In this document: one piece after another, positions 1 through 9,742 of the stretch
Numbering within the stretch: position 1 is the first letter of the stretch
Layout of the letters: each line of letters opens with the position of its first letter
Origin: Candidatus Woesearchaeota archaeon
GTDB taxonomy: Archaea; Nanobdellota; Nanobdellia; SCGC-AAA011-G17; GW2011-AR20
Length of the DNA: 31,069 bases
Direction of reading: 5' to 3'
Assembly: GCA_018302725.1 (NCBI GenBank)
Contig: JAGVZJ010000024.1
Span: forward strand, 1-31,069
Program-made: the position numbers and the translations under genes
The notes under the pieces: generated by a model
Database searches by the model: none
What the model was told of the DNA's origin: nothing
The model's input: the letters and a program-made list of their open reading frames with translations, nothing else

Positions 1-42
1 TGCGGACCTTAATCTCTTTATGAATTCTTCTTTGACTATCAT
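1..42 (-). CDS. 5' fragment of a probable TrmB-family transcriptional regulator (runs off the window start)
   Basis: Manual translation MIVKEEFIKRLRSA from ATG at 42, 1 nt after the stop of ORF 44..685. It resembles the N-terminus I recall for Woesearchaeota/Pacearchaeota TrmB-like regulators. Only 14 codons are visible. Confidence 0.45.
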   Translation of the reverse strand, partial: MIVKEEFIKRLRSA

Positions 43-43
43 T

Positions 44-685
44 TTATTGTGTTCCTTCTGCTCTTCCTATTCTTTGAGGAGATTCTCTTATTATGTTAGC
101 TAACCTTGATGCTTCTTCTCTTATTCTATCTTTTACAACTGATCTGATGCGTGCATTTTTAGCACCTATTAGAAGATTTCCTGTCACTGCACCTAAAACG
201 CCTGATAAAATATATGCTGTAGCGTTTTCATATGACTCATAAAGGCTAGGTGCAAGACCAATGATGCCTATTAATGGTAAAAGACCATTTGCTAAAACAA
301 AATTAGCTGCATTTGCTGGTCTCCAAATTGGATATGCTCTTAAATCAGGAGATGAAGCTGATGGTGCGACTTCTGTAATTAAATCTAGTGTTCTGTTATA
401 AGCATCTCTACGGGATTTATCAAACCTCAAACTAAATTTTCTTATTTTTAGGGTTTCTTCAACTACCTTGGGCTGTGAATCTGGTATATATCCCATATTT
501 CCAACAAAAAAGTTTGTTCTATCTCTAAAAGTCCTAGATAAGTTTAATGCTTTTTCCCTTACAGAAGGCAATCCTCTACCTTCAACCCTGTACCCAGAAT
601 TTCTTGCTAAATTTACAGCTGCATCTACTTGTTCTTGTTCTTGTTTAAAACCCATAACTTGATGATAAAAAGTATTATTTGTCAT
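44..685 (-). CDS. Hypothetical membrane protein, 213 aa
   Basis: Long ORF with two hydrophobic segments near the C-terminus (LANGLLPLIGIIGLAP, YILSGVLGAVTGNLLIG). TTTATAAA lies upstream in the 686-761 divergent gap. Confidence 0.7.
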   Translation of the reverse strand: MTNNTFYHQVMGFKQEQEQVDAAVNLARNSGYRVEGRGLPSVREKALNLSRTFRDRTNFFVGNMGYIPDSQPKVVEETLKIRKFSLRFDKSRRDAYNRTLDLITEVAPSASSPDLRAYPIWRPANAANFVLANGLLPLIGIIGLAPSLYESYENATAYILSGVLGAVTGNLLIGAKNARIRSVVKDRIREEASRLANIIRESPQRIGRAEGTQ

Positions 686-761
686 TGTATTAAAAAATTA
701 GAAGTATTACCTTTATAAATGTTTCTATTTTGTTATTACTTCGTAATGGTTAATTTAGAAA

Positions 762-1052
762 ATGGAAACTGAGCAAGATGTACCAAGAAAAGAAAGCCAA
801 TCTTCACTATTAGCAAAAATAAGAGAGCCGATATATCAAGGATCTGCTCGTTGGGCAAGGCCTCCATTTGTCTGTTATAGCGATGAAAGAGGAAATCCCG
901 TTCTTTTGATTTATTCAGAAGCTGGTGTTTCTGAAAGATATGTTCTAACTGATAAGAGTGTAAGGAAAGAGATAACTTTACTGATAAGAGAAGGAAGAGT
1001 AAGAAAAGAAAGAAAAAGATATATTGATATTGAAGATGCAACTTCTATTTAA
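762..1052 (+). CDS. Hypothetical protein, 96 aa
   Basis: ORF fills the gap, divergent from 44..685; its stop overlaps the convergent stop at 1049-1052. No family recognised. Confidence 0.6.
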   Translation: METEQDVPRKESQSSLLAKIREPIYQGSARWARPPFVCYSDERGNPVLLIYSEAGVSERYVLTDKSVRKEITLLIREGRVRKERKRYIDIEDATSI

Positions 1053-1255
1053 ATAAGGTTTAAATCTTCATCTAGTGAATCAACATCAGACAGTTCTAAG
1101 TCTTCAACTTCACTTTGAGCATCTGTTAATGCCTGATCTGCATTATCAACGGGATTACCAGACTGATCAATTGTACCTTCAGAGTTTCCATTTCCACATC
1201 CTGCAACTATCACTAATGCAGCCACAAGAAAAATAAATAAAATTTGTTTATTCAT
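1049..1255 (-). CDS. Small acidic lipoprotein, 68 aa
   Basis: Start reassigned to ATG 1255 (GGAGGA 5 nt upstream). MNKQILFIFLVAALVIVAG-C is a lipobox-type signal, followed by a D/E-rich mature part. Overlaps the stop of the upstream gene. Confidence 0.75.
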   Translation of the reverse strand: MNKQILFIFLVAALVIVAGCGNGNSEGTIDQSGNPVDNADQALTDAQSEVEDLELSDVDSLDEDLNLI

Positions 1256-2525
1256 TTCCATCCTCCTCTTCAACAACTATTTCATCCACTTTCTGTGAGT
1301 CCAGTTCAACATTCAAGTCATTTGTCATGGTTCTTATCTCTAGAACAATTGAGTTGGATTCTCTTAAAGTTTCATGTGCAGTCTTGACTGACTCGATAAA
1401 GCTTTTTATGAGCTCCTTCCTTGCTTCAACATCATCTGTTTCTTTTGCTGAGTTAAATGATTCCTTGGCTTCTGCACATTTAGTTCTGGCTGTTTCTAAC
1501 AGAGTACTTAATTCTTCTATCTTTGAATTGAGCTCTGTTGTATCCTGACCATTTTTTTCAGCATCAGACAATGCCAGTTCTGCTTTTCTTTCCAATAAAT
1601 CAGATCTTAACAAAATCCCATGGCATATATTAGCCTGTACCGCTCTGGTTTTGTAGATGTGCTTTATTAATGCGTATTCCCTTATCTTTTTTCCAATCTG
1701 CTTTAATTCATCTAATGTAGTTGCTGCTTCTATTCTTGCCTTGGTCTCATTGAGCTTTGAAATAGCATTATCAATTCTTTCAACAGCTGCAGAAGTTTCA
1801 TCTGCAGTTAGATCCTGATTATTTTGGATTCTTTCTTTAATGGAATTCAATTCTGTTAATTGGGCTTCAACTGCGTTTGTGAAATGTTCTTTTCCAGCAG
1901 CAAGTTTTTCTTCATTCTTTTCAGCATTTCTTAATCTTTCTCTTGTTTCTTTTAAGTTTTCTTCAATTTTATCTGATTGCTTGATTGCTTCTTTTAAGTT
2001 TTCTACAGCTTTTTTAACATTTTCCTTGGAGATTTGTCTTACTCTAAACTCTTCGTCTTTTACTTCCATTATTTTGATATTATTTAACTTTTTAGCTTTT
2101 CTTTCTCTTGCTATCTCTATTTGTTTTGCTCTTGTTAATAATGCGAACTTCTTGGCTTCTTCAGGAGTCAAGTCTTCAATAAAAGTATCTACATTTTCTA
2201 CTCTTTCAGTTATTTTGAGAATTCTGTTTCTTTCTGCTGCAGGGGTGTCCTTTATTTTTTCTTCAATTAAAGCTCTTAATCTTTCTCTATTTCCCTCTAT
2301 TTTTTTTCTGTTCTCTGTTTTAACCTCTTCGTCTTCAACTCTTTCACGGACTTTTTTCCTTTCTGGTTCAGGTATGATTAGAGCATTGTCAGGTTGGCTG
2401 TCTATAACTGCTGGCTCTAGCCTGTCATCAACAGAACTGTCATCCTTCACATCAGTTCCTTCTCCTTGTGCAGTTACATTGAATGCTAGCAAGAACAGGA
2501 CTAAAAACAAAAATATTTTTTTCAT
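1248..2525 (-). CDS. Secreted, highly charged helical/coiled-coil protein, 425 aa
   Basis: Start reassigned to ATG 2525 (GAGGTGA 5 nt upstream). Signal peptide MKKIFLFLVLFLLAFNVTA; the remainder is E/K/R/A-rich and helical. Confidence 0.8.
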   Translation of the reverse strand: MKKIFLFLVLFLLAFNVTAQGEGTDVKDDSSVDDRLEPAVIDSQPDNALIIPEPERKKVRERVEDEEVKTENRKKIEGNRERLRALIEEKIKDTPAAERNRILKITERVENVDTFIEDLTPEEAKKFALLTRAKQIEIARERKAKKLNNIKIMEVKDEEFRVRQISKENVKKAVENLKEAIKQSDKIEENLKETRERLRNAEKNEEKLAAGKEHFTNAVEAQLTELNSIKERIQNNQDLTADETSAAVERIDNAISKLNETKARIEAATTLDELKQIGKKIREYALIKHIYKTRAVQANICHGILLRSDLLERKAELALSDAEKNGQDTTELNSKIEELSTLLETARTKCAEAKESFNSAKETDDVEARKELIKSFIESVKTAHETLRESNSIVLEIRTMTNDLNVELDSQKVDEIVVEEEDGNE

Positions 2526-2530
2526 ATGTT

Positions 2531-2537
2531 TCACCTC
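2531..2537 (-). promoter_or_regulatory. Shine-Dalgarno site GAGGTGA
   Basis: Complementary to the archaeal 16S 3' end, 5 nt upstream of ATG 2525. Confidence 0.65.
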
Positions 2538-2612
2538 AAAATTATAATAAAGTTTAAAAATACTTTAATTATATAAACATTTCTCATTATCAGAGGGTTC
2601 TTACCCAAAACG

Positions 2613-2620
2613 TTTATAAA
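2613..2620 (+). promoter_or_regulatory. Putative TATA box (TTTATAAA) for the rpl7ae operon
   Basis: Preceded by an A-rich BRE-like CCAAAACG, 36 nt before ATG 2657; GGAGGA at 2643-2648. Confidence 0.55.
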
Positions 2621-2656
2621 TGGATATCTTTTAAGTTTGTTTGGAGGATAATTAAT

Positions 2657-3001
2657 ATGGCTGAAGTCTCAAAAGAAATTCAGGATAAGGCTTATGAAGC
2701 TGTTGAAATAGCTAGAAAGTCTGGTAAATTAAAGAAAGGAACTAATGAGGTTACTAAAGTTATAGAAAAAGGAGTAGCTAAACTGGTTCTTGTTGCAGGT
2801 GATGTTAATCCTACGGAAGTTATAATGCATCTTCCAGTATTGTGCGAGGAAAAGAAAATTCCTTGTGTGACTGTTGGAAGCAGAAGTGATTTGGGTGCAG
2901 CAGCTGGTTTGCAGGTTCCAACTGCAAGTGTTGCAATTGTGCAAGAGGGGGATGCTGCAGAACTAATTAAAGAGATCACAAGCAAACTAAGTTCTTCTTA
3001 A
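2657..3001 (+). CDS. rpl7ae: 50S ribosomal protein L7Ae
   Basis: [39 protein letters not shown] and LGAAAGL motifs. Confidence 0.97.
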   Translation: MAEVSKEIQDKAYEAVEIARKSGKLKKGTNEVTKVIEKGVAKLVLVAGDVNPTEVIMHLPVLCEEKKIPCVTVGSRSDLGAAAGLQVPTASVAIVQEGDAAELIKEITSKLSSS

Positions 3002-3002
3002 A

Positions 3003-3299
3003 ATGGCTAAACCACAGATGAGCAGGGAGAATAAAGGTAATAGAGCTAATAGCCCTTCTAACACTGGAAAAGAGGAAAGAGGACTTTTTTCAATAGCTTT
3101 TCCTGCTACAGTGGAAGAAGTTGTTGGAAAAACAGGAACCAGGGGAGAAGTTACACAAGTGAGAGTTAATGTTCAGGAAGGGAAAGATAAGGGAAAGATA
3201 TTAAGAAGAAATGTAAAAGGACCTGTAAGAGTCGGAGATGTGCTAATGCTTAGAGAAACTGAGATTGAAGCTAGAAAATTAACACAGGGAAGGAAATAA
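3003..3299 (+). CDS. rps28e: 30S ribosomal protein S28e with ~30 aa N-terminal extension
   Basis: [22 protein letters not shown] and [23 protein letters not shown] motifs; position after rpl7ae. Confidence 0.96.
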   Translation: MAKPQMSRENKGNRANSPSNTGKEERGLFSIAFPATVEEVVGKTGTRGEVTQVRVNVQEGKDKGKILRRNVKGPVRVGDVLMLRETEIEARKLTQGRK

Positions 3300-3300
3300 C

Positions 3301-3477
3301 ATGCCAAACTGTTCATTTTGCGGAAATCTATATTTGATGGGGGAAGGAAAGACCTTTGTGCAAAAGTCTGGGAAAATTCTACGTTTTTGCAGTGCTAAAT
3401 GTGAAAAGAATATGCTTAAGCTTAACAGAAAAGCGAGGCATACTAAGTGGACAAAGCATTATGTCAAAGGAGAATAG
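3301..3477 (+). CDS. rpl24e: 50S ribosomal protein L24e (58 aa, absent from the ORF track)
   Basis: Manual translation MPNCSFCGNLYLMGEGKTFVQKSGKILRFCSAKCEKNMLKLNRKARHTKWTKHYVKGE: CxxC...FCSxKC zinc motif and KWT; canonical position between rps28e and ndk. Confidence 0.95.
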   Translation: MPNCSFCGNLYLMGEGKTFVQKSGKILRFCSAKCEKNMLKLNRKARHTKWTKHYVKGE

Positions 3478-3482
3478 TCCTA

Positions 3483-3974
3483 ATGATCGAGAAAACTTTT
3501 ATTGCAATTAAACCAGATGGAGTGCAAAGAGCTTTAATTGGAGAAGTAATAAAGAGATTTGAGAATGCAGGACTGAAATTAATAGGAATAAAGATGCAGT
3601 GGCTTGATAAGGATTTTGCGTTAAAACACTATACAGAAGATATTTCTAAAAGAAGAGGAGAAAAAGTCAGGGAGATGCTTGTTAATTACATTGTTGAAGG
3701 ACCTGTAATTGCAATGGTGTGGGAAGGAATACATGCTATTGAAATTGTCAGGAAAATTATTGGAGATACTGAGCCAAAGGGAGCAGCTCCAGGAACAATA
3801 AGAGGAGACTTTTGCCATGTCAGCTATGATTATGCTGATAAGAAAGGAAAGGCAATAAGAAACATTATACATGCTTCGGGGAATAAACAAGATGCAGAGT
3901 ATGAAATTAAATTGTGGTTTAAGGACAAAGAACTGCATTCTTATGAAGTCTCACATGAGAAATATGTGAAATAG
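3483..3974 (+). CDS. ndk: Nucleoside diphosphate kinase
   Basis: TFIAIKPDGVQR, PGTIRGDF and RNIIHASG (phospho-His) motifs. Start moved to ATG 3483 because the listed 3447 start overlaps rpl24e. Confidence 0.97.
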   Translation: MIEKTFIAIKPDGVQRALIGEVIKRFENAGLKLIGIKMQWLDKDFALKHYTEDISKRRGEKVREMLVNYIVEGPVIAMVWEGIHAIEIVRKIIGDTEPKGAAPGTIRGDFCHVSYDYADKKGKAIRNIIHASGNKQDAEYEIKLWFKDKELHSYEVSHEKYVK

Positions 3975-4013
3975 AAATATTTTTAAACGTATTTATGACT
4001 TTTTTGTGGTAAA

Positions 4014-4865
4014 ATGGATTATTCATTTTTAACATTGGGCGGGGAACCTCCAGCAAATCTACCTCCTGGAGAGAGAATTAGCTATCCTATCAGAGAGTTA
4101 AAGGTTCTATTACCTAGGTTAGAGAGTGTGTTGTCAAAACAACATTTTAGTGCAGTTTCATCGTTATGTGAAGAGGGAAGAGTTGCTGGAGACACAGTTA
4201 GATATGCTGAAGAGCTTTCAGCAGATTTAACACGTACATTAAGGACATATGAAGTAGGGTATACTCAATGTATCAGAGTTGCGAAAAGAATTCTTGGTAA
4301 AACCGCGAGGGTGTTCCGTTCATTAGATGTACCTGAAAATATCGTCCATAGGATGATTACAAATTATGCTGCTAACCTTCAACATAGAGTTGCTCCTTTA
4401 GTTATGGTGATAAAAACTGATTATGAATCAAGAGCATCTGAAAGAGTGTTATTTGGAGGAGAAGAAGGTTATGTTGAATGTGTTGATTCTTTGATAGATA
4501 ATGTAAATAATGTAGTAGAACGAGCAGAAAAGACCAGAAGAAGCAATGGAGATGCAATGGCTGAATCTGATCCAGAATTTGTAGAGTCTCTTTTAGGAAG
4601 TCAACATAGACATTTTGTTAGCTTGAACTATCTATTATGGAGAGCTGAGGCTATTCATCATAGAATAAGTAACATCTTTGAAGCAACTCCAGAAGAACAC
4701 CGTGAATTACTAGCAGGTTCTTTATCAGCTTCAACAGATCTTGTTACAGTAATACACTGCTTAGAACGTCTTTCACATGATGGTGAATCATTTGTTTGTA
4801 CACCAGCAGATTATGGAGCATTGAATATTGTTCAGGAGATAAGTATTCCAGGATTACAATCCTAG
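4014..4865 (+). CDS. Hypothetical protein, 283 aa, predicted mostly helical
   Basis: Long uninterrupted ORF; no recognisable motif. Confidence 0.75.
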   Translation: MDYSFLTLGGEPPANLPPGERISYPIRELKVLLPRLESVLSKQHFSAVSSLCEEGRVAGDTVRYAEELSADLTRTLRTYEVGYTQCIRVAKRILGKTARVFRSLDVPENIVHRMITNYAANLQHRVAPLVMVIKTDYESRASERVLFGGEEGYVECVDSLIDNVNNVVERAEKTRRSNGDAMAESDPEFVESLLGSQHRHFVSLNYLLWRAEAIHHRISNIFEATPEEHRELLAGSLSASTDLVTVIHCLERLSHDGESFVCTPADYGALNIVQEISIPGLQS

Positions 4866-5252
4866 TTCTTTATCAATCTTTTTTGCAATTTCTTTTAAGT
4901 CTTTCATTGTTGAGTTAATATTTGACTCTATTTCTGACATAAGGCTTTGAATATTTTTAGAGCTTAATGTATACCTTTTTCTGTAAGTGATTATTAACCC
5001 ACGATCTCCTAACTTATTCAAATGATGGATAACAGTACCCCTTGTTAAATGAGAATTAAATGCGATTTCATCAGAAGAGATTAATCTATCCTCTTTTTTT
5101 GCTTTTACTAATTCTAAAAAAATTCTAAAGCAAGATTTTTCTTTGTCTCTTGGACTGGACAATCCAAGGGAGTCAGATAACCACTGTAAATCTTGGTTTA
5201 AACCTTCTCTTTCTTCCTTCTCAACCTGTCTGATGTTTATCTCTTTGAACAT
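4854..5252 (-). CDS. Winged helix-turn-helix transcriptional regulator (ArsR/MarR-like fold)
   Basis: ISSDEIAFNSHLTRGTVIHHLNKLGDRGLI is a typical wHTH pattern; divergent from the chaperone operon. Confidence 0.8.
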   Translation of the reverse strand: MFKEINIRQVEKEEREGLNQDLQWLSDSLGLSSPRDKEKSCFRIFLELVKAKKEDRLISSDEIAFNSHLTRGTVIHHLNKLGDRGLIITYRKRYTLSSKNIQSLMSEIESNINSTMKDLKEIAKKIDKELGL

Positions 5253-5299
5253 TTTAGCGAAATATTTAAATATATGTTGTTTGTTTATCTTAATTCAAC

Positions 5300-5321
5300 A
5301 AAGTTTTAATATATAAACTTT
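5300..5321. promoter_or_regulatory. Inverted repeat AAAGTTT-N8-AAACTTT enclosing a TATA-like core
   Basis: Perfect 7-bp arms at 5300-5306 and 5315-5321 around TAATATAT, in the divergent promoter region. Confidence 0.4.
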
Positions 5322-5340
5322 TTGTAAAGGGGGTTAAAAT

Positions 5341-5682
5341 ATGGCTGAAAAACAAAATATAAATGTGAACATGGATCATTCAAATCTGGCATTTTTTTCA
5401 GATGGAATCTCTCTATTCAACAGGAAAGATAAGTTTTTCATAGATTTCAGGCAGACAAGCCCAAGGATAGATATAGTTGGGGAAAAACAGCACTATAGTC
5501 ATGCAGTGAAGCATAGTACAATAGTTCTTGATCCTATCATTGCTAAGGCTTTGTTTAAGCTGTTAAAAGACAGTATTGGGAAGTATGAGAAGCAATTTGG
5601 AAAGATAGACCTGCCAAAACAAGAGAAAACAAAAAAGCAGGAGAAAGAACAGGTTACTACAGACAGGAATTATATCGGCTAA
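5341..5682 (+). CDS. DUF3467-like protein
   Basis: FFIDF...IVLDPIIAKALFKLLKDSIGKYEKQFGKI matches the DUF3467 pattern as I recall it; 1 nt before grpE. Confidence 0.6.
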   Translation: MAEKQNINVNMDHSNLAFFSDGISLFNRKDKFFIDFRQTSPRIDIVGEKQHYSHAVKHSTIVLDPIIAKALFKLLKDSIGKYEKQFGKIDLPKQEKTKKQEKEQVTTDRNYIG

Positions 5683-5683
5683 G

Positions 5684-6202
5684 ATGAAAGATAAAGAGCT
5701 AAAAAAGAACGAGGAAGAAAAGAAAAAACTCGAGAAAGAGATAAAGGAAGAGATAGAGAAAGAAAAGAAACTGTCAAAGGAATACTTAGAAACACTGCAG
5801 AGGGTTCAAGCAGAATTTGAGAACTACATGAAGAGAGTTGAAAAAGACAAAGAGGAATTTGTCAAGTATGCGAAGCATGATTTGATTTTGAAGCTGCTGC
5901 ATATCATTGATGATTTTGAAAGAGCATTGAACTCTAAAGAAGCTAAAGAAGAGTTTGTAAAAGGGGCTGAAATGATTTTCAAGCAATTAAATAAGACGCT
6001 TCATGAAGAAGGGGTGAGAGAAATAAGTGCGTTAGGAGAAAAGTTTGATGTGTACAGGCATGATATCGTAGGAAAGGTTGAAGGGAATAAAGATGATATC
6101 ATTGTTGAAGAGGTGAGAAGAGGTTATATGTTAAAAGACAAAGTTTTGAGACCTAGCATGGTAAAAGTCAGCAAGGTCAAGGAGGTTAAAGAAAATGAGT
6201 AA
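5684..6202 (+). CDS. grpE: Nucleotide exchange factor GrpE
   Basis: [19 protein letters not shown] and [18 protein letters not shown] motifs; overlaps the dnaK start. Confidence 0.96.
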   Translation: MKDKELKKNEEEKKKLEKEIKEEIEKEKKLSKEYLETLQRVQAEFENYMKRVEKDKEEFVKYAKHDLILKLLHIIDDFERALNSKEAKEEFVKGAEMIFKQLNKTLHEEGVREISALGEKFDVYRHDIVGKVEGNKDDIIVEEVRRGYMLKDKVLRPSMVKVSKVKEVKENE

Positions 6203-8048
6203 AATTTTAGGTATAGATTTAGGAACTTCAAATTCAGCAGCTTCTGTTTTACAGGGAGGAAGACCTGTAATAGTTCCAAGTGCAGAGGGTGCTTCATTAT
6301 ATGGGAAGGCATTTCCTTCAGTAGTTGCATTTACAAGAGATGGGGAAATCTTTATTGGTGAGCCAGCAAGAAGACAGGCAGTAAGCAATCCTGAAGGGAC
6401 TGTAATGGCAGCCAAGAGAAAAATGGGGAAAAATTTCAAGTATGAAATCTATGGTAAAAAATATACTCCACAACAAATTTCGGCGTTTATCTTACAGAAG
6501 ATAAAGAAAGATGCAGAATCATTTTTAGGAGAGAAAGTTGAGAAAGCAGTCATTACTGTTCCAGCTTATTTTGATGATGATCAGAGACAGGCTACTAAAG
6601 ATGCAGGGACTATTGCAGGATTGGAAGTGGTGAGAATTGTAAACGAGCCTACTGCAGCGTCATTAGCTTATGGATTGGATAAAAAAGAAATGGATTCTAA
6701 AATACTGGTATTTGACCTTGGAGGAGGTACGTTGGATGTTACAATTATGGAGTTTGGAGACGGAATTTTTGAGGTCAAATCCACTTCAGGAGATACTAGT
6801 TTAGGTGGAACTGACATGGATGAAGCAGTAATGAATTTCATAATCAAAGAATTTGAAAAAACAAGCGGCGTGGATTTAAGCGATGATGCTACTGCTCTGC
6901 AAAGAGTGAGAGAAGCTGCGGAGAAGGCAAAGATAGAGCTTTCTACAACTATAGAGACTGATATTAATCTGCCTTTCATAACTGCAACCGATAAAGGACC
7001 AAAGCATCTTAACTTAAAATTAACAAGAAGCCAATTGGAAAAATTAGTTGATCCGATTGTTCAGAAATGCAAAAAACCTGTTGAGCAGGCTCTGAAGGAT
7101 GCTAAGCTAACTAAAGAAGGTGTTAACAAAGTGATATTAGTTGGCGGTCCAACAAGAATGCCAATTGTAAGGAATTTCATTGAAAAGTTGGCAGGAAAGA
7201 AAGCCGAAGGCGGAGTTGATCCTATGGAATGTGTTGCAATGGGCGCAGCAATTCAGGGAGGAGTTTTATCTGGAGATGTTAAAGATGTGTTATTGTTGGA
7301 TGTAACACCATTAACATTAGGAATTGAAACTTTAGGAGGAATAAGAACACCATTAATTACAAGGAATACGACAATTCCGACAAAGAAAACACAAGTGTTT
7401 TCCACTGCAGCAGACAATCAACCTGGTGTGGAGATTAATGTTTTGCAGGGAGAGAGGGAAATGGCTATTGATAATAAAGCTCTTGGAAGATTCCTATTAG
7501 ACGGAATTCCACCTGCACCGAGAGGGATTCCGCAGATAGAGGTTACATTTGACATAGATGCAAATGGAATACTAAATGTTAGTGCCAAAGATTTAGGAAC
7601 AAAGAAAGAACAGAGTATAAAGATTACAGCAAGCCAGAAACTGAATGAAGAAGAAGTAGAAAGAATGAGAAAAGAAGCAGAGGAATATTCAGAACAAGAT
7701 AAGAAGAGAAAGGAGCTAGTAGACATAAAGAACCAAGCAGATTCTGTTGTGTATTCTACTGAAAAAATGCTTGCAGATTATGGAGACAAAGTAGACAAGG
7801 AAACAAAAGAGAAGATACAAAAAGAGATTAATGAAATCAAGGAAGCGATGAAAGAAGATGATGCTTCCAAGATAAAAAGCAAGCTTGATGAAGCAAACAA
7901 AGTGATACAGGAAATTGGCATGAAGATGTACCAGGAAGCAGCAAAGAAAACAGAGGATAAGGAAGACATTCCAAAAGGAAATGAAGATGATAAGACAATT
8001 GATGCGGAAATATTGGATGAGGAGGACACCTCCAAAAATACAAACTGA
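6195..8048 (+). CDS. dnaK: Chaperone DnaK (Hsp70)
   Basis: [31 protein letters not shown] and [10 protein letters not shown] motifs. Lacks the N-domain insert, as in archaeal/monoderm-type DnaK. Confidence 0.99.
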   Translation: MSKILGIDLGTSNSAASVLQGGRPVIVPSAEGASLYGKAFPSVVAFTRDGEIFIGEPARRQAVSNPEGTVMAAKRKMGKNFKYEIYGKKYTPQQISAFILQKIKKDAESFLGEKVEKAVITVPAYFDDDQRQATKDAGTIAGLEVVRIVNEPTAASLAYGLDKKEMDSKILVFDLGGGTLDVTIMEFGDGIFEVKSTSGDTSLGGTDMDEAVMNFIIKEFEKTSGVDLSDDATALQRVREAAEKAKIELSTTIETDINLPFITATDKGPKHLNLKLTRSQLEKLVDPIVQKCKKPVEQALKDAKLTKEGVNKVILVGGPTRMPIVRNFIEKLAGKKAEGGVDPMECVAMGAAIQGGVLSGDVKDVLLLDVTPLTLGIETLGGIRTPLITRNTTIPTKKTQVFSTAADNQPGVEINVLQGEREMAIDNKALGRFLLDGIPPAPRGIPQIEVTFDIDANGILNVSAKDLGTKKEQSIKITASQKLNEEEVERMRKEAEEYSEQDKKRKELVDIKNQADSVVYSTEKMLADYGDKVDKETKEKIQKEINEIKEAMKEDDASKIKSKLDEANKVIQEIGMKMYQEAAKKTEDKEDIPKGNEDDKTIDAEILDEEDTSKNTN

Positions 8049-8496
8049 GGTTCTTTTCTATGGGGACCGTCATATTTCAAGAATAGATGACAGAGGGAGA
8101 ATTTATGTTCCTGTATCAATAGTTAGGGGTAGAACTCTGGGAAGAGAGGAAAGAGGCTTCCTTGAAAGTGATTTATTGTATTTTAGAAGAGAAGACTATG
8201 GAGTATATGTAACTCTTTTAACTCCAGACATGGAGGAATTCTATGTCCGCTTACCTTATAATGATTCATGGAGATCTATATTTTTTGAAGGCAATTTTGC
8301 TATTTTAAAAAAAATAGGCACAAACGGAAGGCATGGTGAGAGAATTACTCTTGATATTAGATTAGCTGGAATAGACGTAAGGATAGAACCTAATGGGGAT
8401 TATTTTAAAGTATTATTGTACCCTAGTGATTTAAGAAGGTTAAACTGGGGAAGCTTCTTATTTACCAGAAATAACATAAAAGAGAGACTAGAATGA
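8017..8496 (+). CDS. Divergent MraZ/AbrB-like (swapped-hairpin) protein
   Basis: [20 protein letters not shown] resembles the MraZ N-terminal repeat; a second degenerate repeat is seen at IFFEGNFA...ERITLD...[16 protein letters not shown]. Start uncertain (ATG 7981, 7987, 8002 or 8017, all inside dnaK). ATGA overlap with dnaJ. Confidence 0.5.
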   Translation: MRRTPPKIQTEVLFYGDRHISRIDDRGRIYVPVSIVRGRTLGREERGFLESDLLYFRREDYGVYVTLLTPDMEEFYVRLPYNDSWRSIFFEGNFAILKKIGTNGRHGERITLDIRLAGIDVRIEPNGDYFKVLLYPSDLRRLNWGSFLFTRNNIKERLE

Positions 8497-9599
8497 CAAA
8501 AAGAGACTATTATGAAATTTTGGGAATAAGTAAAACATCTAGCAAGGAAGAAATTAAAAAAGCTTACAAGAAATTAGCATTGCAGTATCATCCTGACAAG
8601 GGAGGAGATGCTGAAAAATTCAAGGAACTTTCTGAAGCTTATGCTGTTTTAACAGATGATGTAAAAAGACAGCAATATGATCAGTTTGGCCATGCTGGAT
8701 TTGACCAGAGATACAGCCAGGAGGATATTTTCAGAAATGTAAACTTTGATGATATCTTCAGTGAGATTTTTGGAGGAAGGTCAGGTGGCATCTTTGATAT
8801 GTTTTTTGGAGGAGGAGGACATAGAGAAAGAAGAGGGAATGATTTAAGGTATGATTTAGAAATCAGTTTTGAAGAAGCTGCGTTTGGGACTGAGAAAAAA
8901 ATTAGGATTCCAAGGCTAATTGAATGCGATGAATGTGAAGGGACTGGAGCAGAACATAAAGAGACAACAACTTGTAGTAAGTGTAATGGAACTGGTGAGA
9001 TAAGGAAAACAACTAGAACTCCTTTTGGAATGTTTTCGCAAGTTAGCACATGCAGGGAATGCGAGGGGACAGGAGAAGTTGCCAAATCAAGATGTAAAAC
9101 TTGCAGAGGTTCAGGGTTAAGAGAAGATAATATGGATGTTAATATTAAAATTCCTTCTGGTGTTGAAAATGGCAATAGATTGAGAATTAGGGGTAAGGGA
9201 GAAGCAATCAAAAATGGAGCTCCTGGTGATTTATACATATTCTTAACTGTAAAACCCCATGACATATTTGAGAGAGAGGGAAATGATATACACTTAAACA
9301 TTCCAATAAGCTTTAGCCAGGCTGCTCTTGGAGATGAAGTTAATGTTCCAACTTTGGATGGCAGGACTAAAATTAAAATTCCTTCAGGAACACAGGGTGG
9401 AACAGTGTTCAGGCTCATAGAAAAAGGAATTAAAAATACTTATGAAAAAGGAGACCTGTATATACACATAATCGTCAAAACTCCGACTAAGTTGAATTCT
9501 AACCAAAAATTTTTTTTTAAGGAGTTAGCAAAAGAAAATAAAGAAAAATTAAAAATTGAAAAAGGCTTTTTTGAAAAGATTAAAGATATAGGGTTTTAG
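8493..9599 (+). CDS. dnaJ: Chaperone DnaJ
   Basis: J-domain with HPD, G/F-rich linker and four CxxCxGxG repeats. Confidence 0.99.
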   Translation: MTKRDYYEILGISKTSSKEEIKKAYKKLALQYHPDKGGDAEKFKELSEAYAVLTDDVKRQQYDQFGHAGFDQRYSQEDIFRNVNFDDIFSEIFGGRSGGIFDMFFGGGGHRERRGNDLRYDLEISFEEAAFGTEKKIRIPRLIECDECEGTGAEHKETTTCSKCNGTGEIRKTTRTPFGMFSQVSTCRECEGTGEVAKSRCKTCRGSGLREDNMDVNIKIPSGVENGNRLRIRGKGEAIKNGAPGDLYIFLTVKPHDIFEREGNDIHLNIPISFSQAALGDEVNVPTLDGRTKIKIPSGTQGGTVFRLIEKGIKNTYEKGDLYIHIIVKTPTKLNSNQKFFFKELAKENKEKLKIEKGFFEKIKDIGF

Positions 9600-9742
9600 T
9601 CTTCTTCATAACCTTCCATGAATCCTGCTTCCCAGTCACTGATTTCATCATCCTCCAATTGCGCTTCTCTTCCTTCATCGCTGTAAATGTCTTTTCCTTC
9701 TTCATCCAAAATTTCTTCTTCATAAGATTTTTTTCTTTTCAT
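9596..9742 (-). CDS. Small acidic protein, copy A (48 aa; absent from the ORF track)
   Basis: Manual translation [48 protein letters not shown]; paralog of 9841..9984. Confidence 0.8.
   Translation of the reverse strand: MKRKKSYEEEILDEEGKDIYSDEGREAQLEDDEISDWEAGFMEGYEED

Noticed and set aside
1840-2547. Long antisense ORFs (this one; also 8681..9418, 25101..25565, 29013..29516 and others)
   Set aside because: Shadow frames of well-supported genes on the opposite strand, with S/F/L-rich composition and no motifs.
3447-3482. Extended N-terminus of NDK as given in the ORF track
   Set aside because: It overlaps rpl24e; the conserved NDK sequence begins at ATG 3483.
8021-8033. GGAGG-ACA-CCTCC hairpin hiding an SD-like sequence at the dnaK end (thermometer-like)
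   Set aside because: No start codon lies at a suitable distance downstream; a 5-bp stem within coding sequence is expected by chance.
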